From Desulfobacterales bacterium (lineage in GTDB: Bacteria; Desulfobacterota; Desulfobacteria; Desulfobacterales; UBA5852), in the NCBI GenBank assembly GCA_050124295.1, contig JASFFM010000002.1, positions 1-39,709 on the forward strand: DNA of 39,709 nt. Reading direction: 5' to 3'. Below the pieces are notes generated by a model that made no database searches, was not told the origin of the DNA, and saw nothing but the letters and a program-made list of their open reading frames with translations. How positions within the stretch are numbered: position 1 is the first letter of the stretch; each line of letters begins with the position of its first letter. This document shows positions 1 to 8,414 of this stretch, piece by piece. The position numbers and the translations under genes were made by a program.

Positions 1-266
1 CCCGCAACCAGGGGGTTGTCGATTATGAAGCGATGATGCCCCGTCTTCCCGACAACTTGCATGCCCACTTCTCCGGGATCGAATTCACCGCCAAAGGTGA
101 AAAAAAGCATATTCGTATGAAACCATCTTACTATGAGCCCTTGCTGGCGGCCCTCCTCCAGCACCGTAAACAGGCCACCATCATCAGCGAATCACCCCAG
201 CCCTTTGAAGATGCGGTCATGATGAAGGCCATGTTGGAACAGCAGAAGAAGGGCGTGCGCAGCTGA
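1..266 (+). CDS. 3' end of a TIM-barrel (xylose-isomerase-like / endonuclease-IV-like) protein gene, cut by the window edge
   Basis: Frame 3 is open from nt 3 (RNQGVVDYEAMMPRL...) to TGA at 264-266. The HAHFSGIEF..KGEKKH...IISESP pattern resembles the C-terminal metal-binding strands of this fold. Confidence 0.45.
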   Translation, partial: RNQGVVDYEAMMPRLPDNLHAHFSGIEFTAKGEKKHIRMKPSYYEPLLAALLQHRKQATIISESPQPFEDAVMMKAMLEQQKKGVRS

Positions 267-276
267 TTTGAGGCGC

Positions 277-1122
277 TTAGGGCGTTGCAAATATTCCCCC
301 TGCCCTCGTGAAATTTGGACCGACGGCCAATAAATTGTTTGGAAGCACGGATTGAATTTTTTCCATCATGCTGGAAATATTTCTATACTTTGGAGAGCGA
401 AAACCGCCTAAAATGATCAAAGCCTCATGTGAAACATTGAAGATATTGCTGATAAAATCGCCATTGTTAAATAGGTGCCAGGCAGTAATGACGTTATCAA
501 TTTCCTTTTTTAGCGCTTCATTATTGATTGCGTTCTGTATGTCTGTATTCTGACCGCGTTCGAGCTGGGTGAAAATGTCCATTGGTAAACCGGAAACCTT
601 GCTGATCTGCAATCCCAGCTGCAATGCATTTAAGGCACTGGAAGAGCCTCCATAAAATACGGCGATCCTTTCCCAAGGTCTAAATACTAAGCTGGGTATC
701 AGCACAGGAAATTGAGCGTAATAAATTATTCTTCGGACTAAAGCGTCGATATAACCAACACCCAGTTTAGACGAAGGTTCTTTAATACAGCGCGGACAGC
801 ACATGAACTCAAAGCAGCCCTGAATCTTTGGACAATTTTTTTCGCTGTCGTTTTCCGGAATCACCCAATGAGGATTTGTCCCTTCATTTATCGTGAGCTC
901 TTTTGCATTGGGCCTTGCACTTTCCGGTGAGACTAAATAAGACTCGTCCAGATCTATTGGGATCGCACGCTTATCACTTCCACAACACATTAAAAATCGC
1001 TTTGAAGCAGGCACATAAATGCTTAAAGCAAGGTTTAATGTTTTACAAAAGTGAATCGACTGAAACAGAGTCTCCTTCCCCAGGGGAGTATTACAATAGA
1101 TATGGAACAAACGACAGCTCAT
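277..1122 (-). CDS. Tandem universal-stress-protein-like protein, paralogue A
   Basis: ORF 277..1137. It is clearly paralogous to 2468..3301, sharing NTPLG[KR]ETL, F.FMCCPR....SK[IL]G[LV]GYI, FPVL, GGS..ALNAL and D[IL]FTQLER. It has two USP-like halves. Start moved to Met6 (MSCRLFH) to match the paralogue N-terminus; a GGGGG Shine-Dalgarno lies 8 nt upstream. Confidence 0.6.
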   Translation of the reverse strand: MSCRLFHIYCNTPLGKETLFQSIHFCKTLNLALSIYVPASKRFLMCCGSDKRAIPIDLDESYLVSPESARPNAKELTINEGTNPHWVIPENDSEKNCPKIQGCFEFMCCPRCIKEPSSKLGVGYIDALVRRIIYYAQFPVLIPSLVFRPWERIAVFYGGSSSALNALQLGLQISKVSGLPMDIFTQLERGQNTDIQNAINNEALKKEIDNVITAWHLFNNGDFISNIFNVSHEALIILGGFRSPKYRNISSMMEKIQSVLPNNLLAVGPNFTRAGGIFATP

Positions 1123-1148
1123 AAGTGAAGCCCCCATTCTTTGCGATC

Positions 1149-1177
1149 AAAACCAAACTTCGTATGTGTTTGGTTTT
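1149..1177 (-). terminator. Hairpin between the exported-protein gene and USP-like paralogue A
   Basis: AAAACCAAAC (1149-1158) pairs perfectly with GTTTGGTTTT (1168-1177) around a 9-nt loop. It starts about 10 nt downstream of the stop of the 1188..1898 gene. The U-run is part of the stem. Confidence 0.4.
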
Positions 1178-1187
1178 TCAAGATGCC

Positions 1188-1898
1188 CTAAAAGGAAAGA
1201 CTTTGCAGCTCTCGACAGGCTTCCTGATTGTCATAACGGCAGGCCTTTTTAAGGGCCTTTAACATTTGATCTGAGGCATTCATACCAAAACAGGCAATGG
1301 CCTTGACCAGATAGAGATCGCCCCAGCAAGGGTATTTTTGTTCCAGGTGCCCGAGATAGATCATAGCAATTCGCCATTGTTTTTTCCGAATATACCGGCA
1401 AGCCCGCGACAGCTCGCGACCGGGGTCGATGTCCGGTATGACAGGCTGTTCCATTTCCTCACTATATGAAAAAGCGGCTTCCTCTTCCTCGAGCGCTAAA
1501 TTCTTGATCTGCGCCTGGACGAAGTCCACGTTCGTGACTTCTGCCTTGATCCTGACATAGTATGCGCCTGAGGTGCGATCAAATTTCTCTTCTGTCACGG
1601 CCGCTTTGATTTCATTGGCCGCTAAGCAGAATATTTCTCCCTGCTTGGCCTGAAAATGTTCCAAGAGCCCCATATGGGTCAAATATTTTGCGGCTAAATT
1701 CACCGCCTTGAATTTGGCACTGAAAAGCGCTACGGCCTTGGATTTCTGAACCAGGCTCTCATTTGCGCATGAATACCGGGCATCGGTATCTACACTAAAA
1801 ATACCGTCTTTGGAGAGGGGGGTGGCGGCCATGCTCACTGATGCCGATCCTATTATCAGCGCTACCAAAAGGCCGATTGATTTAAAAATCATTTGCAT
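1188..1898 (-). CDS. Exported hypothetical protein (signal peptide, Cys-rich helical C-terminus)
   Basis: ORF 1188..1970. The internal start MQMIFKSIGLLVALIIGSASVSMA has a signal-peptide shape, with GAAAGGA 8 nt upstream of the ATG at 1898. No family recognised. Confidence 0.6.
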   Translation of the reverse strand: MQMIFKSIGLLVALIIGSASVSMAATPLSKDGIFSVDTDARYSCANESLVQKSKAVALFSAKFKAVNLAAKYLTHMGLLEHFQAKQGEIFCLAANEIKAAVTEEKFDRTSGAYYVRIKAEVTNVDFVQAQIKNLALEEEEAAFSYSEEMEQPVIPDIDPGRELSRACRYIRKKQWRIAMIYLGHLEQKYPCWGDLYLVKAIACFGMNASDQMLKALKKACRYDNQEACRELQSLSF

Positions 1899-2467
1899 TG
1901 TCCGGATCCTTTCCCAGAAGCCCTTTAGCCCAATGTCCACGTGCGCTTCGGCCCAAAGCGTGTTTCTCACTCGAAAAACGCCTCAAAGAGGCAGCGCTTC
2001 CTTTTGATATGTTGAATGAGCCTGCCATGGTGATGTAGACGAATAGGGAACTTGATTACCAGGTGAGTTCCGCAGGCTGTAGATCCCGGAAAGAAGACCA
2101 ACATCGCAACCAGAAACACAAGACCTGAAGAACGTTGCTATATTATGAGGTCAAAATTGGGAGCTCTTGCTCCATGGCCCCCCAGCCAACATGGCGATGC
2201 CCAAGCGCATTGTGGCCAGCGAGAACCGCTTTTCGGATTTAGGGCGTTGGACCCTGCCCATCTACAATGGCCTCATTTTACGTGTCATCATCCACTATCC
2301 TTTTCTTCGGGTGCGGTTGAAAGCTGACGACCACGCTTTGAATGCCTGACCGCTGTTTAGGTCTGACGTGTCGCGCGAGCCAGGGTAGCGTGGCCAACCA
2401 GATGTTGAATGGCCAGCAGGCGACCACTTGAATCCAGGGGTGGGGTCCCAGGATTACCGCTTGCGCC

Positions 2468-3301
2468 TTAGTGGGTCGCCATGCTGACCATAGCCCGAGG
2501 GCCGCTCAACAGCATATTGTTGGTCATCGTGGATTGCACGATTTCTAATTTACTCCCGAACAGCATCTGTTTGATCAGCCCGTGACCATAGGCGCCTGAG
2601 AGGACCAAAGCATCATGGGGCACACCGTAAAGGTTATGGGTGAATTCGCCTTCATCGAAATAGTATCGATGGCGACAATGACGATCGATCATATCATCAA
2701 GCCTCGCCGCTCGAATCTGCTGTTCGTAATAATGTTCATCCCGCTCAAGCTGGGTAAACAAATCAAGTGGATACCCAGATCTTTTGGCAAGCTGAATCCC
2801 GTATCGCAGGGCGTTCAAAGCACAATCCGAACCACCGAAGAGAACGACGATGCTCTTCCAGGGCTTGAATACCGCTGAAGTCATCAATACGGGAAAACTG
2901 GCCGCACGGATAATCCGTCTGACTTTGGGACCGATATAACCCAGACCGATTTTGGAAGACAGATCGCTGATGCTCCTAGGGCAGCACATAAATGCAAATT
3001 GAGTCGGAATATCAGGCAAATCATTTGTCGTCCGGTTCTTGGGATGCAAGAACCGCGGTTCCAGGCCGGCTTCGGCAGCAATGGCCTGAGCGTTTTGGAC
3101 CGCCGTATCCAGGGCATTGAGATAGGATTGATCCAAATCGACCTGGACCGCATCGTTATCGAAGTACATCATGAATTGGACGGCATCGGGGATGTAAATC
3201 GTCAATTCCAGATCAAGCATCTTGCAGAAGTATAACGATTGCATCAGCGTCTCACGTCCCAGGGGGGTATTCCGAAATACATGGAGTAAATTGGCGTTCA
3301 T
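2468..3301 (-). CDS. Tandem universal-stress-protein-like protein, paralogue B
   Basis: 277-aa ORF. Its C-terminus HDALVLSGAYGHGLIKQMLFGSKLEIVQSTMTNNMLLSGP fits the USP G-x2-G-x9-G(S/T) plus PVL-type tail. A first half ends ...IGLGYIGPKVRRIIRAASFPVLM. Confidence 0.65.
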   Translation of the reverse strand: MNANLLHVFRNTPLGRETLMQSLYFCKMLDLELTIYIPDAVQFMMYFDNDAVQVDLDQSYLNALDTAVQNAQAIAAEAGLEPRFLHPKNRTTNDLPDIPTQFAFMCCPRSISDLSSKIGLGYIGPKVRRIIRAASFPVLMTSAVFKPWKSIVVLFGGSDCALNALRYGIQLAKRSGYPLDLFTQLERDEHYYEQQIRAARLDDMIDRHCRHRYYFDEGEFTHNLYGVPHDALVLSGAYGHGLIKQMLFGSKLEIVQSTMTNNMLLSGPRAMVSMATH

Positions 3302-3371
3302 ATACAGGATCCAATTGAGCCGCGGTTGAATTTTCTGTTTATATCCCCAACTATCGCCAGGTGAGACGATT

Positions 3372-3758
3372 TCAGGAGTTGCCGACCGGAATCAGCGTTT
3401 CCGTTGTCCCATTGCGCCGCAGATTCAGATTGAATGCGGAGCCGTTATCATTCCACACCTCGTGGATCGACCATACTTCGGTTTTTCCGTCATCGGTTTC
3501 CACCTTCACATGGACAGTATTGGTTCCCCTGTCGATGAATTCAACGATACCTTTGAAGGTTTGGCCGTTGATGGTCAGCGATGCAACTTCTTTGGTAAGC
3601 TGGATGTCCATCACATCACTTCCTTGCTCACTCTTATACTTTCCGCTAACCTCCAGCGGCAGATCACTGCTGTTGCCGCATCCGAAGATGGCCAAGATAA
3701 GAATCAGTGAGATGGCCAAAGATTTAATAGGGTCTATTTTAACCGTCTTTCGCGTCAT
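3372..3758 (-). CDS. Small lipoprotein, unknown function
   Basis: N-terminus KSLAISLILILAIFGCGNSS (hydrophobic segment plus lipobox-like IFGC) followed by a beta-rich body. Confidence 0.6.
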   Translation of the reverse strand: MTRKTVKIDPIKSLAISLILILAIFGCGNSSDLPLEVSGKYKSEQGSDVMDIQLTKEVASLTINGQTFKGIVEFIDRGTNTVHVKVETDDGKTEVWSIHEVWNDNGSAFNLNLRRNGTTETLIPVGNS

Positions 3759-3916
3759 AGCGATTCTCCTTTCCGGTAGCCAATATGTCCACTTTATTCA
3801 TCACCTGGAACGTCCATGATCTGTCGCGCAAGAGGACACCAGGCGCTCTTCCCGAATGAATTCAGCCAGAAGGCCATCGCCTATCATCGTACGGTTTTGT
3901 GGATACGGGTGTAGCT

Positions 3917-4384
3917 TTAATACAGAAGCACTTGGTATATGAGATAGAGGGGAACGGAAACACCATTGACAAGATGAAACGAACTGGGCTTCGATGCAAG
4001 GCGGAAAGCCATTTCGGCGGAGAATTTTGAATCCTCCTTTAACATCGGCTCTACCTCTGGCGTTTCGGTCTCGGCCAGTGAGGGGAAAATTTTCCGGGCA
4101 AAGGTTTCCCTGGCGGCTGTGCAGGTGGTTAAAAAGGCGGTGGTGGTGGAAGTGATCGTGACGTCAATGTGGCCTTCATGAGCCGGCAAGCCGGAAAGGG
4201 CCACCCATCTTCGGTGGTGGCAGCCTGCCACCGTTTCGCTGTGAAGAATCAATAGGCCAACCGACAACACCAGCCATACAATGACCCGCTGAAAGGTAAA
4301 CAACGCTTTGGTTTTCAGTGTTGACCCGCAATGCATATTAACTCTCGCGGTGGTTGCCGGCGCAAGGACTTGTTTGGCGGTCAT
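3917..4384 (-). CDS. Hypothetical membrane-anchored protein (weak call)
   Basis: 155-aa ORF with one hydrophobic segment (VIVWLVLSVGLLIL) and a His/Cys patch (GCHHRR...HEGH). No family recognised; it lies 111 nt downstream of the RR gene on the same strand. Confidence 0.3.
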   Translation of the reverse strand: MTAKQVLAPATTARVNMHCGSTLKTKALFTFQRVIVWLVLSVGLLILHSETVAGCHHRRWVALSGLPAHEGHIDVTITSTTTAFLTTCTAARETFARKIFPSLAETETPEVEPMLKEDSKFSAEMAFRLASKPSSFHLVNGVSVPLYLIYQVLLY

Positions 4385-4495
4385 TGCCCGAGCGCCTGCA
4401 GATCTCTGCGAGGCTACGGCGATGCCTCTTGGATAAAAGCATTGACCGGTGGCGCACAGGAGATCATTGTCGGCTACGATGTCAGTGGCGTCCGT

Positions 4496-4990
4496 TTATT
4501 TTTCATCATCATCCAGCTTGGCCAGCGCTTTGAGCAACCCCAGCGGCGACTGCTGCATGGACAGTTTCTGAATGGCATCCATGCGCTTGCGGTTGCTTTC
4601 GAATTTCTTCTGAAGCCTGGCATGATAGGCCTCCTTGAGCGCATCCACCAGCTTATCGAAATCGTACGGCTTCTCCAAAAATTTGAATGCGCCTAACTTG
4701 GTACACTCGACCGCCGAATCAACGGTTGCGTGACCGGTCAGCATGATGATTTCAATAAATTTGTGGTTCTCTTTAAGAATTTTCAGAACCTGAGTGCCGT
4801 TCATACCCGGCATTTGGAGGTCAAGAACCGCCACATCGAAACCGCCCTGCATTGCCGCCTGAATGGCCCCCTCACCACTATCCGCCGTTGCGACTTTAAA
4901 TCCTTTGATGGCCAAGCGGTCCGCAACAGCCTTTAAAAATTTGATTTCGTCATCCACCAATAGGATTTTTATCGTATTTTCCTTTTCCAT
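4496..4990 (-). CDS. Response regulator, REC domain plus a helical C-terminal tail of about 45 aa
   Basis: ILLVDDE..., DVAVLDLQMPGMNG, IMLTGH, KFLEKP: all REC landmarks are present. No DNA-binding domain. Confidence 0.9.
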   Translation of the reverse strand: MEKENTIKILLVDDEIKFLKAVADRLAIKGFKVATADSGEGAIQAAMQGGFDVAVLDLQMPGMNGTQVLKILKENHKFIEIIMLTGHATVDSAVECTKLGAFKFLEKPYDFDKLVDALKEAYHARLQKKFESNRKRMDAIQKLSMQQSPLGLLKALAKLDDDEK

Positions 4991-5020
4991 GGGTCCTCCG
5001 CATATTGGCGTTAGTGAAAT

Positions 5021-5749
5021 TTAGGTTGACTCTCTCTGGACCGGCCGCATACCGCCGTCATCTGTTCGTTCCGCTGAATCATCAACCACGGCGCCTGAAA
5101 AAATGTTTGCCGGTACGTATAGTTTCAAATGACGATTGGATCGATCCCAATCGATAGAGACCGCTATCGACGCGGCAGCCCTTTTGAGCGATGGGTCTGG
5201 AAATACCTGGAATTCTTTGATTCTTAAGCTCGAAAATTCGATCATCCAACCCTTAGAAGAATTCGAACCGACGGCGATGTCCAGCACGGAGTTCGGTCCC
5301 GCATTCTTAAAATGTTGATAGACAAGCTCGTAAACAATTGCCTGAAGCACAAACGGAGACGTCTCGGCCACAGGGGATGGGCCATTCCATGGCGCCAGTC
5401 GGGTTTTTCCAGCAAAGGAGAGATAATTGGATAAATGGCAAACCAGATCCAAGAGTTTCATGAGATCGATGGAGACGATCGGTGTATCGACGCTGTGGGA
5501 AAAGCGATTCATCTGTCGAATCGTGGTGAATCCACGCTGAATCTCCTCCATGATACTGTCGGTGCTGCTTTTTAACATTTCGGGATCGACAGGCGTCCCC
5601 TTGGAGGCCATCTCCGACAGGTCGCCCAGCAGTCCTGCCGTTTCAGAGATGATCGCCAAGATGTTTTTCAGTTCATGGGAAATCGATGCATTGACCCGCC
5701 CGAAAAATGCCAGGCTGTCATAATCAAACAGCTCTTTTGCTTTTAGCAT
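5021..5749 (-). CDS. Soluble HisKA-containing protein with a degenerate HATPase_c domain (pseudo-kinase, phosphotransfer or phosphatase candidate)
   Basis: H-box ISHELKNIL is present and a possible N-box remnant is YQHFKNAG. I can find no DxGxG (G1) or GxGLGL (G2) ATP-lid motifs. No TM or sensor domain. Confidence 0.7.
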   Translation of the reverse strand: MLKAKELFDYDSLAFFGRVNASISHELKNILAIISETAGLLGDLSEMASKGTPVDPEMLKSSTDSIMEEIQRGFTTIRQMNRFSHSVDTPIVSIDLMKLLDLVCHLSNYLSFAGKTRLAPWNGPSPVAETSPFVLQAIVYELVYQHFKNAGPNSVLDIAVGSNSSKGWMIEFSSLRIKEFQVFPDPSLKRAAASIAVSIDWDRSNRHLKLYVPANIFSGAVVDDSAERTDDGGMRPVQREST

Positions 5750-5810
5750 ATCCCGTCCTCACAATGGAGTTCCTTCCTCTCATCAGCCGCGATGAAGCCC
5801 CTGTCGCCTA

Positions 5811-6185
5811 TTAAGGCTCATCGACACGGTCCGCTTCGCCAAGATGATCGAGGGCTTCAATAAGTGCTTCGATTTTCAACGGCTTGGGAAGATAACCGTC
5901 CGCCTCTTGGGCACCCACCTGGTAATCTGCATCCGATCCATGTCCGGTCAGGAAAATGAAATTCATGCGGGAATCCACGGCATTCAGTTTACGCCGCAAC
6001 TCAATGCCGCCAATTCCCGGCATCTTGACGTCGAGAAGGGCCACGTCGAAGCGGTTGCCCTCCTCGACCGCTTTTAAAGCCTCGACTCCGGAAAAGAACA
6101 CTGAGGCTTCGATATTCCTGAGCCTAAGGCGTTTGGCCAACATCGTGGCAAATTTCTGTTCATCGTCCACCAGCATTATCTTCAT
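5811..6185 (-). CDS. Stand-alone response regulator (REC only)
   Basis: IMLVDDE, DVALLDVKMPGIGG, FLTGH, GYLPKP. Its start overlaps the HK stop by 4 nt (6182-6185). Confidence 0.9.
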   Translation of the reverse strand: MKIMLVDDEQKFATMLAKRLRLRNIEASVFFSGVEALKAVEEGNRFDVALLDVKMPGIGGIELRRKLNAVDSRMNFIFLTGHGSDADYQVGAQEADGYLPKPLKIEALIEALDHLGEADRVDEP

Positions 6186-7942
6186 GACAAAGAATCCTTC
6201 CGAACATTCACGGGTAGCGTGACCACAAACATCGTCCCTTCTCCCGGGTGGCTCTCAACGGAAATATTTCCATGCAGTTTTTTGACCAGACCATATGTGA
6301 TGGACAGACCAAGCCCGGAACCCTGCCCTTCTTTCTTCGTCGTGAAAAACGGGTCGAATAGCTTTTTGAGGTGGGCCTCTGAGATGCCACACCCATTATC
6401 CCTGATGGCAAGGCGCACGGAGGATTGCCCCTTCATTTCGGCACGGATATCCAGAAAGCATCCGTTTTCGACAGCCTGAAAAGCGTTGTTGACCAAATTG
6501 AGAATGATTTGCTGCAGTTTCCCCCGATCGGTTTCGATCAGGGGAATTGTTTCAGGAATATCGACATGGATCGTGATGTTGCGGTAGAGGGCCTCTTTCT
6601 TATGGAAATTGAGCACATCATCGACCAAGCATTTCAAATCAACGCACTCGGTTTGAACGTCGAAACGCCGGGCAAAACCAAGTAATTGCCGGGTAATGGT
6701 GCCGCAACGCTCCACGGCCTCGATAATGGAGTCGATGTGCTCCACGAGCTCCGGATCCCCCCGGTACTGCTTTTTGATCGTAAACAGGTCCCTGACATAA
6801 CCGGCGGTTTCATTGATCAGAGCCAATGGATTGTTGATTTCATGGGCCACGCCGGCAGCGAGTTGGCCAATGGAGGCCAGTTGGGCATTGCGTTCCGCAA
6901 CCATCATGGTGCGGGCTTTTTCCCGATCAGATTGAATAAGCTTGTTGACCATGGATGTTGAGATCATGATGATTACCGCGGCAATGATGACGGCACTGGC
7001 CGCAAGAAACCAGTTGATCTGGCGGCGAAGATCCAGCCAAACTTTCATCATACCGGCCTTCTGTTTGACGACCATCAAAACGAAAGATGTGGGGGCGAAT
7101 TTTGTGCTGATATAGGCATACCCGACCACAATGGGTTGTCCTTCGGGGCTCGTGGCCATCAAGGAACGGGTACGCTCAACATAGGGCGGCACGCTGATGG
7201 TGCAGTAATTGGAAGCGGCATCCTTATAAACGGACGGGGTCTGAAGCACGCCGCTAGGATTGGTCAGAAAAATATCCGCATGTTCACCCGGTTTGAAGGC
7301 CGTTAGGGTCTGAATCAGTCGCGCAGTCTCCAAAGTGGCGCGCAGCACGAAAAAGCGCCCGTTGGGTCGCAACGATTTGACGGCCACGACGATATGGGGC
7401 ACGTCGCGATAACCGGAAAAAATTTCGCTTACACAGGCATTGTGTTGCTGGCACTCCATAAACCAGGGCTGTGCACTGTAATCCTTACCCTCCAAATGGT
7501 AGGGGCCCGCATAAGCCACCTGGGTGCCGGTGTCCGCAATCACGCTCAGATCCGTCAAACCGCCGAATCCCAGCTTGAGGTTTCCCAGAACCTCGGCAAG
7601 AAATTCGGGATTCGATAGTTTGGCATAGCTCAATTCGTTGACCGTGAACGTAAGGGCGGCCAGTCGTTCTTCCAGAAAATAGGTCACCGCCCGCCGGGCG
7701 TTGGATGTCACGCGCTCCGTTCGCAAAAGAGATTCAGAGTCGATGGAGCGGTCAATCAGCTGATAATAGGTGAGCGTCATAAAAACCAGCGGCAGCAGAG
7801 CCGTGGCTAAAAGGATGAATATGCCCATTCCCCACATTTGACGGTAATCCCGAAACGCGGAATAGGGCATCAGATGCTCATCATCCTGACTTTGGAATTT
7901 GGGCAGCAGCAATCGCAACCCACGTCTTAGCCCGCTTGTCAT
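6182..7942 (-). CDS. Membrane sensor histidine kinase (two TM segments, Cache-like periplasmic region, HisKA, HATPase_c)
   Basis: TM1 WGMGIFILLATALLPLVFMTL and TM2 INWFLAASAVIIAAVIIMISTSMV. H-box AHEINNPL, N-box NLVNNAFQA, G1 DNGCGI, G2 GSGLGLS. Confidence 0.92.
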   Translation of the reverse strand: MTSGLRRGLRLLLPKFQSQDDEHLMPYSAFRDYRQMWGMGIFILLATALLPLVFMTLTYYQLIDRSIDSESLLRTERVTSNARRAVTYFLEERLAALTFTVNELSYAKLSNPEFLAEVLGNLKLGFGGLTDLSVIADTGTQVAYAGPYHLEGKDYSAQPWFMECQQHNACVSEIFSGYRDVPHIVVAVKSLRPNGRFFVLRATLETARLIQTLTAFKPGEHADIFLTNPSGVLQTPSVYKDAASNYCTISVPPYVERTRSLMATSPEGQPIVVGYAYISTKFAPTSFVLMVVKQKAGMMKVWLDLRRQINWFLAASAVIIAAVIIMISTSMVNKLIQSDREKARTMMVAERNAQLASIGQLAAGVAHEINNPLALINETAGYVRDLFTIKKQYRGDPELVEHIDSIIEAVERCGTITRQLLGFARRFDVQTECVDLKCLVDDVLNFHKKEALYRNITIHVDIPETIPLIETDRGKLQQIILNLVNNAFQAVENGCFLDIRAEMKGQSSVRLAIRDNGCGISEAHLKKLFDPFFTTKKEGQGSGLGLSITYGLVKKLHGNISVESHPGEGTMFVVTLPVNVRKDSLS

Positions 7943-8310
7943 GTGTGTTTCTCTCTAATTCCAGCCATGATGGCCAGCAAACGATCAATATCCAGCGGTT
8001 TATTCATAAACGCATGCGCTCCATGGGACATACACTGCTGCCGATCGTGTTCCGTCCCGTGACCCGTCAGAATGATCACCGTGGTTTCGGGTCGGCAGGT
8101 TTTGATTCCTTTCAGCACCTCCAGACCATACAAGTCCGGCAGGCGAAGATCCAGAACCACCGCGAGAATATGCGCCCCGGCCACTGTGTCAAGGGCTGTT
8201 TTCCCATCATAGCAAACCTGGCAAGTCAGCCCCCGCAATTCAAGGCGTCTGCCGAGCATATTGGCATAGCGCTGTTCATCATCGACAATGAGTATATCAA
8301 AGTGTTTCAT
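7939..8310 (-). CDS. Stand-alone response regulator (REC only), first gene of the minus-strand signalling operon
   Basis: ILIVDDE, LAVVLDLRLPDLYG, ILTGHG, FMNKP. Its stop overlaps the HK start by 4 nt. Confidence 0.9.
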   Translation of the reverse strand: MKHFDILIVDDEQRYANMLGRRLELRGLTCQVCYDGKTALDTVAGAHILAVVLDLRLPDLYGLEVLKGIKTCRPETTVIILTGHGTEHDRQQCMSHGAHAFMNKPLDIDRLLAIMAGIREKHT

Positions 8311-8414
8311 TTTGATACATTTATTAGGGTTGACTCACGGTCAAACATAATTTATATGAAACATATATAAGATTTAGTTTAATTTGTAAACACTTTTATG
8401 GAGGAAATGGCTAA

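Noticed and set aside
2357-2467. On the minus strand, immediately after the USP-like paralogue B stop, 36 codons read ...LLAIQHLVGHATLARATRQT*. This is reminiscent of the tyrosine-recombinase box II region (LLGHxxLxxTxxY).
   Set aside because: Only about 17 residues resemble the motif, the catalytic Tyr is absent, and no further integrase-like sequence is found in any frame upstream or downstream. That is too short to support without a database search. TBLASTN with phage-integrase HMMs would settle it.
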